A stretch of DNA of 56,336 nucleotides, filler included, from Dugesia japonica (lineage: Eukaryota): assembly GCA_001938525.1 (NCBI GenBank). It is 5 parts of 5 records of this genome, joined end to end, with 100 filler letters (N's around TTAATTAATTAA, not from the genome) between each part and the next. Parts side by side here need not be neighbours in the genome. Positions count along the whole stretch, not along the records: positions 44,694 to 56,336 come from MQRL01606914.1; 4 more parts are not named here. The stretch is one strand, 5' to 3'. The notes beneath the pieces were generated by a model that ran no database searches, was not told where the DNA came from, and saw only the letters and a list, made by a program, of their open reading frames with translations. This document shows, piece by piece, positions 50,781-56,336 of the stretch. Both the position numbers and the translations under genes were made by a program. Position 1 is the first letter of the stretch, and each line of letters starts with the position of its first letter.

Positions 50781-51793
50781 TGAATTCATAATTTACATAA
50801 TAACAGCATATTATTTGCATAGTTACTTTGTATTATTTTACATAACAACAGAGCAATATAAGGTTTATTTGCATAGCTATCGTGTATTATTTTTGTATTA
50901 ATTACATAGTTATCCTATGTGGGAAGGATATGTCTTTAGATTATTGTTATATTTTAGCGATTTTAGTTGGACAGTCGTGATATTATTGTAGGTCATTGGT
51001 CGGTTTTAATATTTTGCAATGATATTTGTTAAATATATTGGACAGTCCTAAATTATATTTAATTAAAAATATCCTAGGCATGTGATTTTCAGTGAATGTG
51101 TTTTACATTCCTATTGCGTCCCTATTGCATAAATAATGTATTTATAATTAAAAAAAAGCTGTTTACAATAATAAACATGTATTATTATTATTTCCCTTTT
51201 CTTCTTCGTTAATATATATTTGTAATAAAAATAAACTTAATAAATAATAAAAAANNNNNNNNNNNNNNNNNNNNNNNNNNNNNNNNNNNNNNNNNNNNNN
51301 NNNNNNNNNNNNNNNNNNNNNNNNNNNNNNNNNNNNNNNNNNNNNNNNNNNNNNNNNNNNNNNNNNNNNNNNNNNNNNNNNNNNNNNNNNNNNNNNNNNN
51401 NNNNNNNNNNNNNNNNNNNNNNNNNNNNNNNNNNNNNNNNNNNNNNNNNNNNNNNNNNNNNNNNNNNNNNNNNNNNNNNNNNNNNNNNNNNNNNNNNNNN
51501 NNNNNNNNNNNATTGTTATTTTTACCTTCCCATACGCGCTTATCATCTATATTAGTCAGTGCCATTTTGTTCAACTTAATGCTATACAATTGATGATTTT
51601 TAGTGGTTATCCGAAATTGTTGCACCAAGACCGATTTGTTCTCATTATAACAGTCAAGGTAAAACTCATGAGAAATTTTAGNNNNNNNNNNNNNNNNNNN
51701 NNNNNNNNNNNNNNNNNNNNNNNNNNNNNNNACAATCTAAATAAAACATGATTAAAATAACATTTATAAACAAATAAATAAATACCATTGTTC

Positions 51794-54700
51794 TTAACCA
51801 ATCTTGATTGAATGAACAGTTTTATGAGAAAAATTACTTAATACTATAATGACCATATTGTTATTTTTACCTTCCCATACGCGCTTATCATCTATATTAG
51901 TCAGTGCCATTTTGTTCAACTTAATGCTATACAATTGATGATTTTTAGTGGTTATCCGAAATTGTTGCACCAAGACCGATTTGTTCTCATTATAACAGTC
52001 AAGGTAAAACTCATGAGAAATTTTAGTTTTCTTCAATTTTTTGACTTTGGATCTCATGATGTTCTTATTTCCAATCAGGCTATAGCATTTCGGTCTCAAA
52101 ATACCCATTCTTGATANTTCTTCTCTTTATTCTCATCTTTGAATTTTCCTATAACTCAGTTCATGCTGTTACTATAAAGGGTATGATCTTTATCATAATT
52201 CAAAGTATCAAGTAACTGATTTCTCACCATACTTACTGTTATTGTTTCTAATTTGTTATTTTCTATTTCTAGAAAAACTGTATCGCCGGCTACAATATTA
52301 ATTTTACATTTAAATTCCTTCATATACTTATCCAACTTAATGTACTGAAGTTTATACATTCTCAATTTTGAGAGGTTAAATACAGTTTGTAACATGTAGC
52401 TCGGATGATCTAAACAAACTATGTCCTTATTGAGAAGAACAGCTATTAAATAATCATCAATGTTTGTTGTTTTCTTTAATCCGGCTTTTGATGTATATGT
52501 AATCTGCTTCTTTGCTGAATTACATAGGCGCAGATTGATCCTGTTCTTAAGATTCTCCACTGATTTTCCACATAAACTGTTATTAAACAGTTTACATTAA
52601 TTTTTCTCTAATTCCGCAACATAATTTGATCTGAGAATTGTGTTGGTGTTGATATAATTATAGAAAATTGAAACCTAGCTAAATTTAACTCCATGATGAA
52701 CCTCTATTACTTTAACTTATAAACTTAAATACATCTGCAGCAATCTCCAGTGCACTACGCAATTGTTTTTGGAGTAATGCGTTAATATTAATTTCTTCAC
52801 TTTACAACCTGGAGCGCTGCATTCTCACATTCTTCTAATATAATCCATCATAGATCCATTTAAAATTTGCAAAGGGAAACTTTTGACTAAGTGCCTGAAC
52901 ATATAAATTATTTATATCTATATACAACAAGTCAATATTTTCACTAGTGGCAACATGGTGCTTGTTAACGAATCTTAACCCTCCTCTTTTACCTCCTTCA
53001 AAAAAGGTATACATATCGTTATCTTGGAGCAACTCAATTGGTTTTTCTAATGACATCAACGCAGATGCCTATGATATTCCATTTATTCCAAATAAAATTC
53101 AACAGCTCCAAATTAATGTGTGCTAAAGACTTTGAAAGGAATTGCTGGAAAAAATCAACTAATAAATACACATCTAGCTTTAAATATAACATCATATAGT
53201 CCAGCAAATTTGTACAGTTAAATATATATCCCACATTGATAATGCTTTCACATACTCTTCCCTACTAACTTCTCCAATTTTGGCGGCATTTGCATTGTTT
53301 CTTCCCGAACATGTAAGCTCGTAGCAAAAATGTACGGAAATATTTCCTTTGACTTGTAAATAATCTGATTCTTAAACTCCTCTGCAGTCAAAGGTGTCGC
53401 TTTTAAGAATTGGACAGCAGAGTCCAATGAGTAATTTATGAACTAATAGCTGTCGATGAATTTAATTGTTGTTTGATTTCTCCGTACAATTAAACATATA
53501 AATTTTTCTGATGTTGTTGGGATGCAGGATATTGACCAATTCTTGAACTTGTTAATACCATACTTAAAGATATGATGAAGATCATATCCTTGTAAATTAT
53601 GAAAGACCACTGATAGCTGAATATGCAATTGTCTACTTAAATTGCATTGGTTGCATGCTGCTCCTCTATATTTCCCTGTGAAATGGTTATGGTCACGAAC
53701 AGGATCTCTTATTTCCTTCTTACATAAGTAACAAATTTTTTCAGCTTTGAATTCATTATCTTGTTTCACTTTTATTATAATTTTCTTTTTTTCTTTTTTT
53801 TGATAATAAGGAAACACAATCTTTTCGCTTATTTCCTTCACAGCCCTATAAAACTTATACACACAATGATCTCCAATAAACTGTCTTTATTTTGTTTTGT
53901 TGGTAAAATTATTTACCAGCAGCAGACAAGTTATTGTTTTCGAATAATCCTTAAAAATCAAGTTTTTCTCAGATGGCATCGTATACATGGTGGTACCTGT
54001 TTGGAAATTTTCGCAAATTGGTTCATGTTTCTCATATGCTACTTCATTTTTGAACCCGTTGAGACAGTTAGGACACCATGTTGATTGAATGCGAACACTT
54101 TGTCCTTTATTATTCCTGTTCATTAGACGATTTAGATTTAGTAATGCGGTGTAATGAAATCTGTTGTTATTTTCCAGTAATAACAGATATATTTTATCTC
54201 CATCTATTACTTTTGATCAGTGTATTATATCCAAATTTGGATGTTTCATGATTAATTCATCTGCTTCATCCTGATTGTTGATTCCATGATAGGACATTGA
54301 TGGATAGTCCTGGATTATTCTTCATCAAATGTAAGCTCCGACATGCATTGTTTATATAATGTTACGCAGTTTTTATTCCTTCCTCTATCTTGATCACTTT
54401 TGGTGATAGAAAAAATACTTTAAATAAAACAGTAATTATCATCATTTTTGATGTTTACAATTGCTTCTTTCTTTTTTAAATTTTCCGGTGTTTGAATATA
54501 ACTTTATCCAGAAAGTCGACAAATATTTGCCACCTTTGTGATCTTGAATTTAATTTCAAGTATTATGTTCAACATCCAACTGGAGCCTAGTTTGCTTCTT
54601 ATTGTTATTTTCTCATTCAATTGGTTTATCCCATCTTCAAAAACGATAACAGTTAATGCAACGGCTTTATTTGATATCCTTCAGGTTTTAAACTCCACTT

Positions 54701-54900
54701 CGTCTCCACCAGCAGTTGTTGTTAACCATTTGAATTCTACATTTATTCCAAATTGAATTTTAAGCTGTTTCATTTCTTNTAATGACTCGAAAACTTTGCT
54801 TATTATTGTATCTGCTAAAATAATTTCACGACAATTCCAACTTGAGACATCTTTTTTAAAACACGATAACAACGATTTAAATTTGTTTCTATTGTCACAC
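51794..54900 (-). pseudogene. Polinton-type protein-primed family B DNA polymerase (pPolB) with endonuclease VII-like insertion
   Basis: AIVNIKNDDNYCF; CPNCLNGF; CYLCK..VRDHNHFTGKYRGAACNQCNL; ExoII VVFHNLQGYDLH; KFIDSY; GIFPY-like; ExoIII YLKLDVYLL; RGG..LLYIDINNLY (motif A); L.NNSLCGKSVEN (motif B); VAGDT (motif C); GKFKDE; LRPKCYS; ALTNIDDKR. Many frameshifts. Confidence 0.93.
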
Positions 54901-54950
54901 CATCATCACAAGCATTAATGGTCCATCAAATTGAATATTTTCGTCTGATT

Positions 54951-55800
54951 TCAGGAACTGTTGTAATACAATGTTCTTGTCCCCAAATTCGTCAAATAGT
55001 TTGAAGCAATTCGATTTCTCTTCATCTGGTTTATTTTTAATTGTTTCTTNNNNNNNNNNNNNNNNNNNNNNNNNNNNNNNNNNNNNNNNNNNNNNNNNNT
55101 CTTCAATGATATTCTTGATTGTATTAACTTCATGTTCTTCTAACTTAATTATCTTATTTACTGATCATTCATTACTTTAACCCTCTTCCTTTTTAAACCC
55201 TCTTCTTTCTTTAACCCTCCTCTTGTCTTTGACTTTTTTGTTCCAAAAAACCAATGATCATAGTATCTTTCCATAATAATATGGCAGTCACCATTGTGAC
55301 TTACACTAGCGCAATGGTTTCTGTACATGTTGCAAGTATCTGCATTCCAAATCATTCTTGGTCCAATTTTTTCTGTTAATCTCTACTTTGAACTTAATAT
55401 TTATTATTTTTTATAGTTAAAATAAATTTTTTTTCAGTTTGTTTATGTATATTGACCATTTTAAAAACCCTTTTTTGTTTCTTTTACCCATTTCCTTTCT
55501 TTTACCCTATCTTTTTCTTAAACTCTCTTTTCCTTTTTAAACCCTCTTTTTCTTTTACGCACATCTTTCTTTTATCCTTTTTCTTTCTTAAACCCTCTTC
55601 TTCTTTTTTACCGTCTTTCTTCTTAAACCTTCTTTGCTTATTAAAGCCCTCATCCTTTCTTTTACTATTTCTTTTCTTAAACCCTCTTTCTTTCTTTTAC
55701 CCTCTTTATTTCTTTTACCCTTTTTCTTCTTAAACCCTCTTTTCCTTCTTTAACTCTCTTCCTTTTAAACCCTCTCCACTCCTCAACCCTATACACTCAT
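54951..55800 (-). pseudogene. Lys/Glu/Gly-rich low-complexity coding-like region upstream of pPolB
   Basis: Repeated aaaccctcttt units read K-E-G-L-K on the minus strand (cf. ORF 55158-55355, GGLKKEEGLKRKR); an ATG at 55800 lies inside the right inverted repeat. Confidence 0.35.
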
Positions 55801-56230
55801 AATCCCTTTAAAGATATGAAAATATTTAAATATAAGTTTTTTTATAGTCTTATTAGTTATATATGGGAATGTTCCATGAATTTATGATTTTTATGAAAAA
55901 AAGTTCTATGATTTTATCATTTTGTAAAGAAACGTTCTCAGCTAATATGTTTTTTTATAAAACAAATTGTCACTACTAATATGTTTTTTGAAAAACTTGC
56001 AACACTAATGAGATTTTTTATTATACGTTGCAACGTTTTCTATTTAAAATTGCATCGCTAATGAGATTTTTAAAGAAAATTGTCACTAGTAATATGTTGT
56101 TTTTATAGAAAATTACCTACCTAAGATGTTTTTTTTATCATTTTGTAAAGAAAAGTTTTAATTTGAATATTTATTCATGTACATATCCCAAAGACTTCCT
56201 TCTTTTAAGTTTTTTTGATAGATATCTACC
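55730..56230 (-). repeat. Right arm of the imperfect inverted repeat
   Basis: Its reverse complement contains aaaaatcataaattcatggaa, aaagggattatgagtgtatag and attagtagtgacaattt, collinear with 50190-50780. Confidence 0.8.
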
Positions 56231-56336
56231 TACTAATGGTCAAATAAAGATTTTTATAAATGGTGGCTAGATATTATATCTCAAGTAAAGTTTCAATAAA
56301 CAAATATTATATTAAATGAATTTAATTAAAAAAAGA

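Noticed and set aside
51512-51681. Second pPolB gene
   Set aside because: It duplicates ~51857-52025 and is bounded by N gaps; most likely an assembly artefact.
55452-55733. Plus-strand Phe/Leu-rich 93-aa ORF as a membrane protein
   Set aside because: It is the antisense reading of a purine-rich low-complexity repeat.
25690-56230. One complete Polinton spanning the capsid modules and pPolB
   Set aside because: Two artificial spacers (33166, 44594) and unrelated sequence lie between them. They may be the same family, but physical linkage is unsupported.

Overview
Very AT-rich, intron-containing eukaryotic DNA, not prokaryotic. The ~45-nt introns, TRAF-type MATH gene and repeat content would fit an invertebrate such as a triclad flatworm, but that is inference only. 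The window is not contiguous: four identical 100-bp spacers (44 N + TTAATTAATTAA + 44 N) join five separate ~10-12 kb segments. Segment 1 (1-11443) holds exons of a gene with two 4-Cys ShK-like repeats, two mariner relics, a degraded Ty3/Gypsy element and related LTR copies. Segment 2 (11544-23118) holds the last four coding exons of a Tubby/TULP gene and a solo LTR with a perfect 5-bp TSD. Segment 3 (23219-33165) holds two divergent, decayed Polinton/Maverick (adintovirus-like) gene modules: integrase-chromodomain, penton, core protein, major capsid and packaging ATPase. Head-to-head with the ATPase lies an apparently intronless TATA-binding-protein-like ORF, the most striking observation here. 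Segment 4 (33266-44593) holds a TRAF/MATH pseudogene, FLYWCH and Tc1-like fragments, a Gypsy fragment with integrase upstream of RT, and a second Gypsy element. Segment 5 (44694-56336) holds a decayed Polinton-type protein-primed DNA polymerase B enclosed by ~0.5-kb imperfect inverted repeats. All family assignments come from motif recognition by eye; no database searches were run.
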